A stretch of DNA of 64,000 nt from Dictyostelium discoideum (lineage: Eukaryota). Positions 44,407-57,323 of this stretch are shown in pieces (position 1 is the stretch's first letter; every line of letters begins with the position of its first letter). Where the stretch lies: NCBI GenBank assembly GCA_000004695.1, contig CM000154.2, positions 1,632,001 to 1,696,000 of the forward strand, read 5' to 3'. The position numbers were made by a program, and so were the translations under genes. Under the pieces are notes generated by a model. That model saw only the letters and a list, made by a program, of their open reading frames with translations. It was not told the origin of the DNA and searched no databases.

Positions 44407-45550
44407 TTATTGATATGATTCATAGTTTTTATTATTATTATTAACTAATGAACCAAAGTATAAGGTAATTGTTTTTAATTTTTCGTTAATGTAATTCTCT
44501 TCAATTTCACATAATTCACTACCCCCATTTTCTTTGGAAATTAATGCAAGTTTTGCGATATCAACTTTACTTGTATTCTTTGGTAAAAAATAAACAACAT
44601 TCGGTGTAACCTTAATTGCATTTTTAAATATTTCAAAACTAATAATAAAAAAACAGAAATGAATATTAGTTAATTCCATGAATATTGTTTAGATTTAAAT
44701 GATAGAGATATGTGTGATAATAAAAGATAATTTACCCATTTGGAGTCATTGAATCTAAATGAAAAATTGAAGAGTCTGTATAATTTGGACCACCCCAAGG
44801 TGGTGATAAAAAGATAACATCAGCTTTAAGGTTTGATAAATTCATTGCATCAGAATTTACAAATTCTATATTGGTATTTTCACTACTATGTCCATACACC
44901 CAACTATTATGTTTTGCCATTAATAATTTCATTGGATCCAAATCCACCGATACCACAACATTACATGTGAAACTAAATTGTATTGTATTACCACCAGCAC
45001 CACAAAATAAATCAACCAATGTATTACAACTACATCTTTCCGCAATATGTTGGGCTATTAATTCTGGTGTCACTGAAAACCATGATTCTTGATCCAATAC
45101 AATACCTTCATCAAATTTTGAAAATAATCTATATCTTTGTGAATAATATTTACTCATAATGTCATTATTATTATTTTTAATTAATGTATCAAATTTATTT
45201 TCATTTTCATTTTCTTTTTGTTTTTCTTTTTCATTTTCTTTTTGTTTTCCATTTACATTTTCAACATCCTTAGTTTCACTTTCACTTTCATTTTCATTTT
45301 CTTCTTCTTCCTCATCTAGATTTTCACTTTCATTTTCACTTTCATTTTCACTTTCATTTTCACTTTCATTTTCATTATTTTCTCTACTCTTATTTGCTCT
45401 TTGTTTAATTTTTTCAAATCTTTTCTTTGTTATCTCTAATTTTTTTAATTGTCTCCTAATTCTTTTCTTCTTTACTTTATTAAAGCTTTGAAATTCTGGG
45501 CTATTAATCTTTGATTTTGTATTTTCTATTCTTTTATCCATGACTATCAA
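44407..45550 (-). CDS. tgs1: Trimethylguanosine synthase (TGS1/PIMT cap hypermethylase). Exons are 45550-44736 and 44638-44407.
   Basis: The sequence RYRLFSKFDEGIVLDQESWFSVTPELIAQHIAERC...VDLFCGAGGNTIQFS...VVSVDLDPMKLLMAKHNSWVYG...ADVIFLSPPWGGPNY matches the TGS1 methyltransferase domain. Intron: GG|GTAAAT (44735) to ttattattag| (44639). Exon 2 reads (G)FEIFKNAIKVTPNVVYFLPKNT...KLKTITLYFG (human: [21 protein letters not shown]...KLKTITAYFG). The N-terminus has an (ENES)n acidic repeat. Confidence 0.8.
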
Positions 45551-45925
45551 AAAAAGTTATATGAAAATGAAATTATAAAAAAAAAAATGAAAACAAAAAA
45601 AAAAAACAAAGGTGGTTATGCGGGTTTGTCGCCTCTTTTTTTTACTTTTATTTTTTTATTTTAAAAATGAAAATAAAAATAAAAAAATAAATGAATAAAT
45701 AAATAAAAAAACAAATAAATAAATAAATAAATAAATCTAATTACAATTAAAATTAAAATACAACAACCAAAAGTGAATTTACATTTTTTGTAAATCATAT
45801 TTTAGTGCTTTTTTTTTTTATCTTTATTTATCTTTATGATAAGGTTATTCATTTCCTATTTAGTTAATAGTATTATCGGTCACAGAGTGCTAAATAAATA
45901 AAATTCTACACCTATTTTTATTTCA

Positions 45926-46762
45926 TTATTTATTTGGAGTCTTTGTTGTATCATTATTGCTATTTGATTTAAAAATACTTGAAAATGCTTCAGATTTCAT
46001 TTTCTTTGAAATTTCTTCATTTGTTTGTGCCAAAGTATTAGAAGTAAAGCTAGATTCTGATGCTAAATTTGATTCTAATGATCTTTTTTTATTATCAGGT
46101 TTTTTATCAGATTTTTTACTTGATTTCTTTTTACTATTTGCTAATTTCTCTTGTAATGTAACTTTCATTTGTTCAAATTCTTCACCTGATGGATTTATTG
46201 TTATTAAATCATTTGTAATATATTCTTTTGAACATAAAAAACATGATAAATTATCTTTTGATGAATCTATTTCTTTTTTATTATTATTATTATTATTGTT
46301 ATTATTATTACTATCATCATTTTTTAATTCTTTAAAAGCCTTTTCAGAGAATACATGACCACATGTCTTTAAAAATTTGAATTTATAATTTGAACTTCCA
46401 ACTTCAATCTTTGTTATTGGACATAACCAAGGTGAGACAGTTGAATCTTTTTCATGAGCAGGATTTGGTGAAAAGTTGACAGTATAAATTGAACGTAATG
46501 ATCTAATATGTGAAAAGTTTTTTGATGTTTCTAATGAACCATTTAATAATGCCTCTATTATATTATCTTTATTGAATAAATTTCCCAAGTCATCTAATAC
46601 AATTGGTTCACTTAATGTATCTTGAGCTAATGCACATAAAAACCATTTTCCAAAATCAACTTGATCTTTATCAAATACTTTTACTTCTTTTTTCTTTGTT
46701 TTAACTAATTCACATCTTGTTGGAATTGTACCACCATCTAATCCCATTTTTCTAAAATACAA
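45926..46762 (-). CDS. Replication termination factor 2 (RTF2/RTFDC1), with the Rtf2 RING-like zinc-finger domain.
   Basis: Single 278-aa ORF. MGLDGGTIPTRCELVK...WFLCALAQDTLSEPIVLDDLGNLFNKDNIIEALL...CPITKIEVGSSNYKFKFLKTCGHVFSEKAFKELK aligns with human RTF2 (MGCDGGTIPKRHELVK...CPVVGLEMNGRHRFCFLRCCGCVFSERALKEIK). Confidence 0.7.
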   Translation of the reverse strand: MYFRKMGLDGGTIPTRCELVKTKKKEVKVFDKDQVDFGKWFLCALAQDTLSEPIVLDDLGNLFNKDNIIEALLNGSLETSKNFSHIRSLRSIYTVNFSPNPAHEKDSTVSPWLCPITKIEVGSSNYKFKFLKTCGHVFSEKAFKELKNDDSNNNNNNNNNNKKEIDSSKDNLSCFLCSKEYITNDLITINPSGEEFEQMKVTLQEKLANSKKKSSKKSDKKPDNKKRSLESNLASESSFTSNTLAQTNEEISKKMKSEAFSSIFKSNSNNDTTKTPNK

Positions 46763-47055
46763 TACTTTATGTCAAATAAAAAAAAATTAAAAAAAAAATT
46801 AAAAAAATAAAAAAAATAAAAAAAAATTTTAAAAAATAAAAAAAAAAAATAAAAATTAAAAAAAAAAAAAATTAAAATAAACTTAATTTTCCCATTTTTG
46901 TGAAACTAAAAGTACTCTTATTTTTAACATTTTTAATCTTGGCAAACTTTCTAGAAAGTTTTATTATAATAGAATTTAATTTTTATTTCTTTTTATCTTT
47001 TTATTTTTTTATTATTTTTTTTTTTTTAAACCAAAAAAAAAATTTTTTTTCTAAA

Positions 47056-47086
<31 letters not shown>

Positions 47087-47412
47087 GGTTGAAACAAATA
47101 ATTTTATATTAACAATGGCTATATAAAATAATATTGTCATTAACAATCATTTTTTTAAATTATTTGGTTCTTTTTTTTTGGAGGAGAAATAATAAAAAAA
47201 GTGAAAACTAAAAATAAAAATAAATAAAAATTAATCGTTTTTTTTTTTTTTTTTTGAATTTTTTTATTTTTTTTTTTATTTTTTTTATTTTTTTTTTTCT
47301 TCGTTCGTTAATTCGTAAATTTTTTTTTTTTTTTTTTTTTTCATTTTTTTCTTATTTATCATTTTTTTTTGTTAATATTATAATAAATTTTTGATCAATC
47401 TAAAAAAATAAA

Positions 47413-49553
47413 ATGGCACCAGCAAAAGCAGCAAAAGCAGCAACTAAATCAAAAAGCACACAAAATAAAGTTGTAAAGAAATCAATTGGAGATTCAAAGA
47501 AACCAGTTTCAACCAATAAAGGTGTTGGTAAAGATAATATAAAAGTTAAAGAATTTAAATCCGATAAAAAACCATTAAATAATAAATATAACGACAAAAA
47601 AAACACAACCACCACCACAACAACAGATAAAGAAAATGAATCAAATAAATCAAATGAACCAAAAAAGAAATTAACAAAAAAAGAGAAAAGAGAAGAGAAA
47701 TTTGAAAAGAAATCAAAATTTGATAAGAATCATTCATTAGTTAGAGATTTAAAGATATTATGGGTTAAAATTAAAGAGATTAAATTATCAAGTGAAGAAA
47801 GAGCAACTTTGATTGAACAATTAACTCAAAAACTTAAAGGAAACGTATTGAATGTCATTGTCAAACATGACGCATCACGTGTAGTCCAAACCCTATTAAA
47901 GTATGGCAATGAAGCACAAAGAGAGATTGTATTCAAAGAATTAAAAGATCAAGAACTTACAATTTCAAAGACACAATATGGTAGATTTTTAATTTTAAAA
48001 CTCTTAAAATACGGTACTGAAGAACAAAGAAACACAATCATTAAACAATTCTATGGTAAATTCGTCTCAATGATCTCTCATAAAGAATCATCCTCAGTTG
48101 TAGAATATATCTTTTCAGAGATTGCTTCAAAATTACAAAAAACTCATATCATTGAAGAATTCTATGGTCCAGAATATCGTTTATTCAAAACTGAACAACC
48201 AAGAACTTTAGATTCAATAGTTGAATCTTCACCACAAAAAAAAGAACCAATCATTACTTATCTTTCATCACAATTAACTAAAATTTTATCATCAAAAGGT
48301 GAACGTTTAGTTCAATTTACAATTATTCAAACTTTATTAATTGAATTTTTTAAGTAATTATTATTTATTATTTATTATTATTTTTTTTAGATAGACATGC
48401 AATAATTATTTACTAATTTTTTTATTTTTTATTTTTTTTATTTTTTTTAAATAGACATGCATCACCAGATAATTGTGTTGATATGTCAGAAACATTAGGT
48501 GAATTATTATTACCAATGATTCATAGTAAAGAAGGTAGTCAAGTTGCATATTATGTAATTTCATATGCAACACCAAAAACAAGAAAATCAATTGTAAAAT
48601 CATTAAAAGATTTCATTCCAAAGATTGCAAGTGAAGAGTATGGTTTCTTAGCATTGGTACGTTTATTGGATGTAACAGATGATACTCAAATGATTATTAA
48701 ATCAGTTTTCAATGAATTGATTCCAGTTTTACCAGAATGTTCAATCACTAAACAAGGTTCACTTTGGATACTTCATTTATTGGCACCTTATTCAGCTCAA
48801 AATTTCACTGAACAAACTTTATCACTCCTCACTAAATCAATGGTGAACAGTTGTGGTATTCAACATGAAATTAGTAAAAAAGATCGTGACCAAAGAAGAA
48901 AGGAATTGTTGAATTGGATCTCACCAAAATTAATCGAACTTTGTTCAAATCACACTCAAGACTTACTCTCAAGTCAATGGGGTACAAAGGTTTTAAATCA
49001 AACTTTAAAGAATGCCGATGGAAATAAAATCATCTTAATGAAGAGAATCTTGGATCTCCTTGAACAAGAAGAGTTCCTTGAAGAACAACATATTAACATT
49101 CAATCACTCTTACGTAATGATCATATTAAATCAACTGATCTTCCACAACAATTGATTGAAAAACATAATTGGATCGATCTTTGTACTAAAAATCAAAATA
49201 TCGTTTACATCTATCGTGATCTCTTAAAATCTTTACCAAATGATCTCAAAGATAAAGAAACTATTCAATTAAAAAAATCAAAATCAAAATTAGAAGCTAC
49301 CAAATTTAAAGGTATTGAAAATTTATTTAATTTAAAAGATGATTTAGAATTACAACAACAAAATGATGAAAAGAAACCAGTTGAAGATAAAAAGAAACCA
49401 GCTGCTGCTGCTACAACTGTCACCAAAAAAGTAACTGAAGAACCAACTACTACCACAACTACTATCACCACATCTAAAAAAGTTACAAAAACTACAACTA
49501 CTCCAGCAGCAGTTACTTCAACAACAATTAAAAAATCAACAATTAAAAAATAA
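47413..49553 (+). CDS. Puf-A/PUM3 (yeast Puf6)-type pumilio-family protein (CPL domain). Exons are 47413-48353 and 48455-49553.
   Basis: There is a Lys-rich N-terminus. PUF-like repeats include KHDASRVVQTLLKYGNEAQREIVFKEL and ...KTQYGRFLILKLLKYGTEEQRNTIIKQF. The intron runs AA|GTAATT (48354) to ttaaatag| (48454), phase 2. Exon 2 continues (K)HASPDNCVDMSETLGELLLPMIHSKEGSQVAYYVISY.... The C-terminal tail is Thr-rich. Confidence 0.65.
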
Positions 49554-49586
49554 ATAAATAAATATTAAAAAATAAATAAAACCATT

Positions 49587-49632
49587 TAAAAAAAAAACAA
49601 ACAAACAAACAAACAAACAAACAAACAAATAC
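49587..49632. repeat. (CAAA)n tetranucleotide microsatellite.
   Basis: Direct read: aacaaacaaacaaacaaacaaacaaa. Confidence 0.85.
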
Positions 49633-49660
49633 ATAATTAACTTTATATTTATTATTTTTA

Positions 49661-51962
49661 TTACATAATTAATGATTTACATTTTGATTTATAATTTTTT
49701 GAATCAAAATTTAAAGTATCCTTAAAATAAGTTATTAAAAATCTATGATTACAATCTAATGCTAAAGTTACTAAAATTTCAATTAATGGTTGAGCAAGAG
49801 ATGACAATAATGAATAAGTTGATTTTATATATTGAAATACTTTTAATTGAGAATATAGAGTTGATAAATATAATAATCTTTCAATGAATTGACTTTGATT
49901 GGAATTTATAATTAAATCTATACCTTTTGTATCACATTTACAAACGATATCATCCACAATTAATTCATGATCATTCACAGAGATACCGCCAATACTTGTA
50001 TTTGGGATCACTGAAATGTTTGGTGAATTGTAAAATAGTTTACCAGTTTCGTAATAGTTGAATAGTAGTAATGATCTTTGAATACCGTGTTTAAAAATTA
50101 CAAATAGTTTCTTTGGATTTCTAATTATTGATTGAACATATGATATTCTAGTTTCGACAGATTCATCTCTTTTCTTAAATACATGAGGTAGTAATTGCTT
50201 TTGGAATTTTTCTTTAAAATCATCAATATTCTCTACTAAAAAGTTTACTGCCTCAAGAGTAATACTTGAATAACCATTTTTTGTTTTTGTTTCCATTGAG
50301 TTTTGTGGTATTTTTAATTCAAATTTATCTAATCTTAATTTATATTCAATTGGATAATTTATTTTTAAATGGTTTAATAAATCAACTCTTTTAGTGAATA
50401 AAATTCTTAAAATATTATCATTAAGTAAACTATTATTAATATTTGATTTTAAATTTTCAATTAAAAAATTAAATAATTGTAATTCATTTTCTTTTTCGCC
50501 ACAACAATATTTATTATAATTATTATTATTATTATTATTATCATCTGTTTGTTGATTTGGATTGATTGAATAAAATAGGTAATCTTCTTCAATTGGTTGT
50601 AATTTCATTTCGTAATTCTTTAAAAACCATTGAACTAATTGAATATCTGAATTTAAATTTAAAAGAGTTTTAAAGTAATGTTTAATTGTGAATGAACGAC
50701 CACCACCACCAATACCACCACCAGAAATACTTCCATAATCTTTTAAATATTGAATTTGTCTATTTAATCTACCACTACAAAATCTAAATAAAATCGTTTC
50801 AACCTCTTTATGAATCATTTCATCTAAAATTCTTGAATAGAATCTATCTTCTTTAACTTTATTATAACCATTTTGTTCTAATGTTACACATTTATACATT
50901 AATAAATAAAATGAATAATTTTGAATATAATCTTCATCTCCAAAAAATGGTAATAACATTTTAATAATTCTTTCAACATTTTTTTCAAATATAAAATTAT
51001 TATTATTATTATTATTACTACTACTATTATTACAACCTAATTTAAATTTAAATAAAATTGTTGATAATTGATCTTGAGTAAATTTATTCTTTATTTCATT
51101 AATTTCTAATAATGATAAAGTTTCAAAAGTTTCATCTTGATAACTTTCTAAAAATTTATAAAATTTAATATCTTGAACTTCTTCATAATTAATTTTATAT
51201 TTTGATTCATTTTCTTGTTTTGATTTTGAATCTGAATTAATCTTTTTTAAAATTTTCAATTTTCTTAATTCCCAAATTTGATTTAAATTATTTTTATTTT
51301 TTAAATTTAAACCTAATGATGCGATTGTAATACATGAATCTATTAATGTTTCTAATGTTTCATTATAAATAAAATAATCTAATTTATAATAAAATATTGG
51401 TTGTGCTGATGGTGATGTTGATGATGGTAATAATAAATTTGGTGTTGATACTAAATTAATTGGAATTTCAAATTTTAATTGATTAACTAAAAATTTAAAA
51501 ATTTTATTATTATCTAAACCACTACTACTACTAGTACTATTAATATTATTATTATTATTATCTCCACTACCAATTTCAATATTATTAATATTACTATTAC
51601 TATTAATATTACAATCAATTGTTTGTTTCCAAATTTCTAATTGATTAATTTTATTTTTAATATTATTACTATTACTAAAAAAATGATTAAATAAATAATT
51701 TGAAATTTTAAATGCTTTTAATTTAATTGATTTAATTAAATATTTCTCTTTCACTTTAAATAAATTAAATGATTCAACTAAACTTGAAAATGCATAAATA
51801 TTATCATATTGTAAAAATAAATTTATAATTTCTTTTAATATTNNNNNNNNNNNNNNNNNNNNNNNNNNNNNNNNNNNNNNNNNNNNNNNNNNNNNNNNNN
51901 NNNNNNNNNNNNNNNNNNNNNNNNNNNNNNNNNNNNNNNNNNCATTATTAGTTATTGATAGT

Positions 51963-52024
<62 letters not shown>

Positions 52025-52237
52025 TTGATTATTTATATTTGAAAATGATAAATCTCTTCTTTTTTCAATTAAAATTTTTTCTTTTAAAATTGTATAAAAT
52101 TTATTTTTAATCATCCACTCTACATTATTAACTTGATCATATGAATAAACTTTATATCTAAAAGAAACCTTTAAGTGTGATAATATTTTTTTTTTTAAAA
52201 ATATATTTCTAAAAACTTTCCAAAATAATTCTTCCAT
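49661..52237 (-). CDS. Asn-rich hypothetical protein of at least 858 aa. No family recognised. The ORF spans an assembly gap.
   Basis: It is one continuous ORF in the track, but only because the gap N's are translated as X. The real length and frame across 51843-51942 are unknown. There are poly-N tracts, a Gly-rich GGGIGGGG motif, and no introns detected. Confidence 0.45.
51843..51942. other. Assembly gap (100 N) inside the coding region of the 49661-52237 gene.
   Basis: Run of n characters. Confidence 1.
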
Positions 52238-53009
52238 ATTTAATATATTATAATAGTTTTATAAATATAAAGAAACTAAATAAAAAAAAAAAAAAAAAAA
52301 TATTGAAAATGAGGAAAAATTAATTGTGAAAAAAAAAAAAAGTGATGGTGGGAAAAAAAAAAAAATTAATCTAAAAACACTTTTCACAAAACAAAAATAA
52401 AAAATTTGGAAAAAATTTCTTTTAAAAGAATACTTTGAAAAAAAACAAAAAAATATATTTTTTTGATTGCCACCAATTATTTGATGCTATTTTTATAAAT
52501 TTGATTCCAGATGAAAATGGAATACTATTCAGATTTAAAACTTTATTGTAAACAAGAATTAAAAAAAATAATACAAAATAACAATTATAATTAAATTTAG
52601 GGTTAAAAAAAAAATAATAATATAAAAAAACTTTTTTCATAAACAAGTAATATTTTCAAAAAATAATTATTTTATTTTTATTATTACTATAATTATTATT
52701 ATTGTTTTTTTTTTTTTTTTTTTTTTTTTTAATTACCAAAACATTTTTTTATTTTTTTAATTTTTTTTTCATAAATTCACTTTAGTGCGATTTTTTTTTT
52801 TTTTTTTTTTTTATTTTTTTTTTTTAATTTCATTTTAAAATTTAAATTGCCACTGGTTATTGGGGCAATAAAATAAATAAACATAGTCAAATTGTAACCA
52901 TAATATAAAAACACATACATACGTTCACATACACATACACACAACTCAAATAATATAGAGTAATTAGAAGAAATAAATCAAAAAAAAAATATATATATAT
53001 ACTCAAATA

Positions 53010-54057
53010 ATGGATAAAAAAAGTTATAGCAGTATTCCATCATCGACAACACCAATGAGTGGGTCAGGAGGTGGTGGTGGAGGTGGTGGTGGATCATCAG
53101 AATTAAATTTTAAATTAACATTAGAAGGATTACAAAAAGAAGTTAAATCATTAAAAACCAAATTAGATAATTGTGAAAGAGAGAATAAAGATTTAAAGAA
53201 ATCAATATATGACCTAACTATTAGATATGATATGGTATCACATCAATTAGGTAAAGGTACACAAAAACCATTCAATATAGATGCAGTGTTTGGTGCACCA
53301 CAAACACCTGAAGTTAATTCAAATGGTACTGATGGTCATCCATCAATAGTTTCAATTCAATCACCACCTCCAACCCTAACTTCAAACGTCAGTGATGAAC
53401 GTTTATTATTAACTTCAACTCAACAAAGAAATAGTAATAAAAAAATGGATGAACGTCATTTCTTTTATAAATTTACTTTAAAGGTATATATATATATATA
53501 ATATATAATATATATAAACATTATATATATAAATAATAATAATAAATTTATACTTATATTATAATTTTATTTTATTTTTTTTTTAAAAAAAAGGGACATA
53601 ATGCAAGTGTTTATACAGTTGATTTTTCACCATGTGGTAAAATGTTAGCATCAGGTAGTTTTGATAAAACAGTTAAAGTATGGGATGTATTTAATCAAAG
53701 AGAAATGGCAACATTTAATGAACACACAGTTAATGTTAGTGTATTACAATGGAATAATAATTCTACAGAGATTTTATCAGGTTCATATGATAAAACAGTT
53801 AAACTTTGGGATTTAAATTCAAATAAATTAATCTCTTCCTATAATACAAGTGGTTTCATTTTAGATGTTAAATTCTCACCAATTGATAATAATATTTTCT
53901 TTGCTGGTAATACACAAAATCATGTAATTGGTTTTGATAAGAGAACTCCAAATTCAATTATAGTTTTAGAAAATGATGCATTAATTAATTCATTGTAAAT
54001 ATATAGATTGAAATACCACAACTGTGTAATTTAATTTTTTTAAAAAATTATTATTAA

Positions 54058-54089
<32 letters not shown>

Positions 54090-54866
54090 AGGTATGTATT
54101 TAAAGATGGTCAACATATTTTAACAGGTGATTCACTTGGTAAATTAAAAGTTTGGGATTCAAGAAAAGGTAATAAGATTAATTTTCCAGAATCATTTCAT
54201 TATGATGGATGTGTTGATGGATTGGCAGGTAGTTTTTCAAATTCAGCAAACAATGCATTGGTTGACGGTTCACCATTTGAAATCGGTCCAGAGAATAGAC
54301 CAATCAGTGGTATTACAATGTCATCAAGAAGTGGTGGTAGTGGTGAAGATGATGGAAGATTTTTAGCAGTCAATAGTTATGATAATGTAATTAGAGTTTA
54401 TGATCGTTCAAAAGTATCCATTGTATCACATCCATATTCTTTGGCACCAATGAGTTTAATTCATTCATTAACTGGTCATAAAAATAAGAATTGGCCAATT
54501 AAAAGTAGCATTTATGTTGGTAAAGATTATAATCAAGATAGTGTAGTCAAGAGAACTTTAGGTGTTGGTAAATCAATGAATGACGGTTCAAAATCAATCA
54601 TAGATGATGACGATGACGATGATGATGATGAACAACCTGATATTAATCAATCGGTTTTATTAGCTACTGGTTCTGCAGATTACAATGCTTACATCTACGA
54701 TATTGGTTTTGGTAAACAATCTGGTAAAGTCTTACAAAAGTTAGAAGGTCACACCGATAGAGTTTACTCTGTTAAATTTCATCCTTCAGAACCAATTTTA
54801 GCTTCCTGTTCTGCTGATAATACAATAAGATTTTGGACTCCAAAGAAAAAAATATTTAATAATTAA
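53010..54866 (+). CDS. Coiled-coil + WD40-repeat protein (ATG16-like overall architecture; exact orthology not established). Exons are 53010-53483, 53594-53994 and 54092-54866.
   Basis: Exon 1 has a poly-G run then a coiled coil: LEGLQKEVKSLKTKLDNCERENKDLKKSIYDLTIRYD. Intron 1 is AAG|GTATAT (53484) to aaaaaag| (53593). WD repeats follow: GHNASVYTVDFSPCGKMLASGSFDKTVKVWDV, ILSGSYDKTVKLWDL, GHTDRVYSVKFHPSEPILASCSADNTIRFW. Intron 2 is TT|GTAAAT (53995) to tatttttttag| (54091). Phases are 474, 401 and 775 nt. Confidence 0.65.
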
Positions 54867-55074
54867 AAATAATAATAATAAAAAAAACAATAATAATAAT
54901 AATAAATATATTAATAAAAATATTACTTGTATAAGAAATAAGTTTTTTATTTATTCTTTTTTTATTCTTTTTTTTTTTTATTAAACCCTAAATTATAATT
55001 GCATTGATATACTATTGAGAGATGGAGTTTTTAAATCTATTGTTTTTAATCTTTTGGAGTTTTAAAACGGTGAA

Positions 55075-57323
55075 TTAAATTTCCAAAAAAAAAGAACCAT
55101 CAATATTATCTTTATGGTATATAAGAATTTCTTTGTAATTTGGGAATCCTTCATTCTTTATTTGGTAATTTGAAATGATTATTTGTATAATAATTGATTT
55201 GGTATATTTTTTACACATTTTTTGATATGTTTTATATATATTTGAAACAATATCTTTAGTTATATATTTACCACTATTGGTATAATATGTTTTGATAACT
55301 ACCATTAAATTAGTTTTTGAATTATCACTTGAGCTTTCAAGTTTAAAATTTAATCTAATTTCGAAAATGGTGCAATCATCGCACAATAAAGAAATATAAC
55401 CTGGCTCTTCGATTGCAATGGTTTTTCTAGCCTAATCTAAAATATAAATAAATAATAAATACCAAAAATTAAATCCAAACCAATTAAATTAAATTATATA
55501 CATACCCATAAAACAAATTTGAACTATCCTTAACTAAATATAATTGTTTAAATTTAATCATTATATCATTATCATCAATAATATCTCCAAAAATATCTTT
55601 AAGATTTACAATTATTGATTTGTATTTTTGTAATAAATCATTTTTTAAAATTATTATTATTGATGTTATATATTCGAATGAAAATCTTACAAATTTATTG
55701 TCAGGTGGATATCGTGTAATAGTGGATAAATAATCCATTGGTAACCTTGTTGCTATTAAATTCAAATCAACAGTAGGAATTATAATATTGAAAAAACCTG
55801 AATTTGAATTTTGGACAAGATAAATATGTCCCGATTTTGAAATCTCTTTAATTATATTACCAGAAATTACTATTTCCCAACTAACTTCAACACCGCAAAC
55901 GATATGGTATAGCAAGCATTCCAATGTATTCCAATTATATTCAAATTTCTTATTTCTAATTTTGGTTTTAAGCTTTGAACAAGCGACCTATATTAATTTA
56001 TTTGGAAATGTACCATTTTTTGTTTTATCATTATTATTATTTTTGTATAATTTAATATATTTAATTAATTTTTGTAAATATCTTGGTACAACACCAAGGT
56101 TCTTTAAAATAATGTCAAATAAATCATGTTGCAATTCTTCTATTTCACAATTAAGTTTTGAACATATGATCTACTTTGAAGATTGAAGAGACAATATGTT
56201 GATACTGATGTTTTCAAAATCCCATTTCAATAATTCAATATCAGTTGGTCCTGGATTGGTTCCTGTTAAAAATGGAATTATAAATATATTGGTTTCGTCT
56301 GCGAATGATTTATTTCGATTGCATCTGAAAAAACCCAAAAGTTCAACCATTTCTTTTATAAATTCTGGTTTTTTATAATTTTTTGTGCATTGTTCATGGG
56401 CTATTTGAAATTCATCCAAATGTAATAATATCGCAATAGAATTATAATAATTGGTTCTATGCTTTGATGCTATGAAATTAAATGTTTGTTTTAAAAGAAT
56501 TTAAATGATTTTCGTTTGATGATAATTTATCAATTAAATCTGATGTCTGCAAAGAACATCCTAAAATGGATCTTGAGAATAATCTTTTACATAAACCTAT
56601 CTCTGGTGAGTATTTAATATCTTCTTCTATCACTTTGTCACCACCATTGAAATCTATCTTTAAATATATACAGTTTTTCATTAAACAATTAAACGAGTGG
56701 CTTTCTTTTCCTAATGATTCAATATATTTCAAACATTCAATACCCAATCTGGTTTTACCTATTCCTTTACCAGTTAAACAAGTTAAAAATATATGATCAG
56801 ATCTTGATTTGGATTTATTTTTAAATCAAACATTTTTTCAATATTTCCTGAAATCATTCTGATTGATTTTTCTCTTTCCAAAAATGTAAAATCTTGGTCA
56901 TCATGATATTCTTTGTCCAAATTTTCTTTGATATCTTTTTTAATTATTATTTCTAATTGATCTAAACCTATATTTTTTAATTTAAAAAATTAATTTTTAA
57001 TAACTATTTTAATGTAAATTACCAAATACTTACTTTTAACTTCATTTCTTTCAATTTTTTTATTTTTTATCTCTTCCCACATCTCTTCTAATATTGCGAA
57101 ATATGTTGTATCGAGATATTGATTCTTTGGTAAAATACAATCTCCTCTTACATATTCCAAATTTTTTTTAAAATCTTGAACTTCGGAATTAATTGATTCT
57201 AGGTCACTTTTAAAAAAAACTAACTCACTTCTCTCTGAAAGATTAAACTCTTTATAAATTTGTTTATGTAGGTCACAAAGATAAGTTTCATCATTGGTAT
57301 ATTTAATTCTCTTTGTTTTTAAA
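55075..57323 (-). pseudogene. Fragmentary P-loop NTPase-like gene. It has no initiator exon, at least one frameshift, and two in-frame TAG stops, so it is probably a pseudogene. Two introns are still recognisable.
   Basis: The minus-strand ORF opens at an acceptor (aacaaag|AGAATT at about 57323) directly after a TAA. There is no ATG between it and the upstream cathepsin gene. Intron 57033-56968 (A|GTAAGT...atatag|) joins to ...LTCLTGKGIGKTRLGIECLKYIESL... (Walker-A GKGIGKT), which ends in TAA at 56478. The next ORF (56171-56419) is in a different frame. ORFs 56171-56419 and 55484-55924 share a frame but are separated by TAG at 56171-73 and a second TAG near 55985. A 3' intron is TAT|GTATAT (about 55493) to tttagattag| (about 55410), after which the frame continues to 55075. 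Confidence 0.45.

Noticed and set aside
56160-56175. The in-frame TAG at 56171 as part of a tiny intron (GTAGAT...aaatag, about 35 nt) that would rescue the NTPase frame.
   Set aside because: A 35-nt intron is far below the roughly 60-70-nt minimum seen for every other intron in this window. The second TAG near 55985 has no such option. The pseudogene interpretation is kept.
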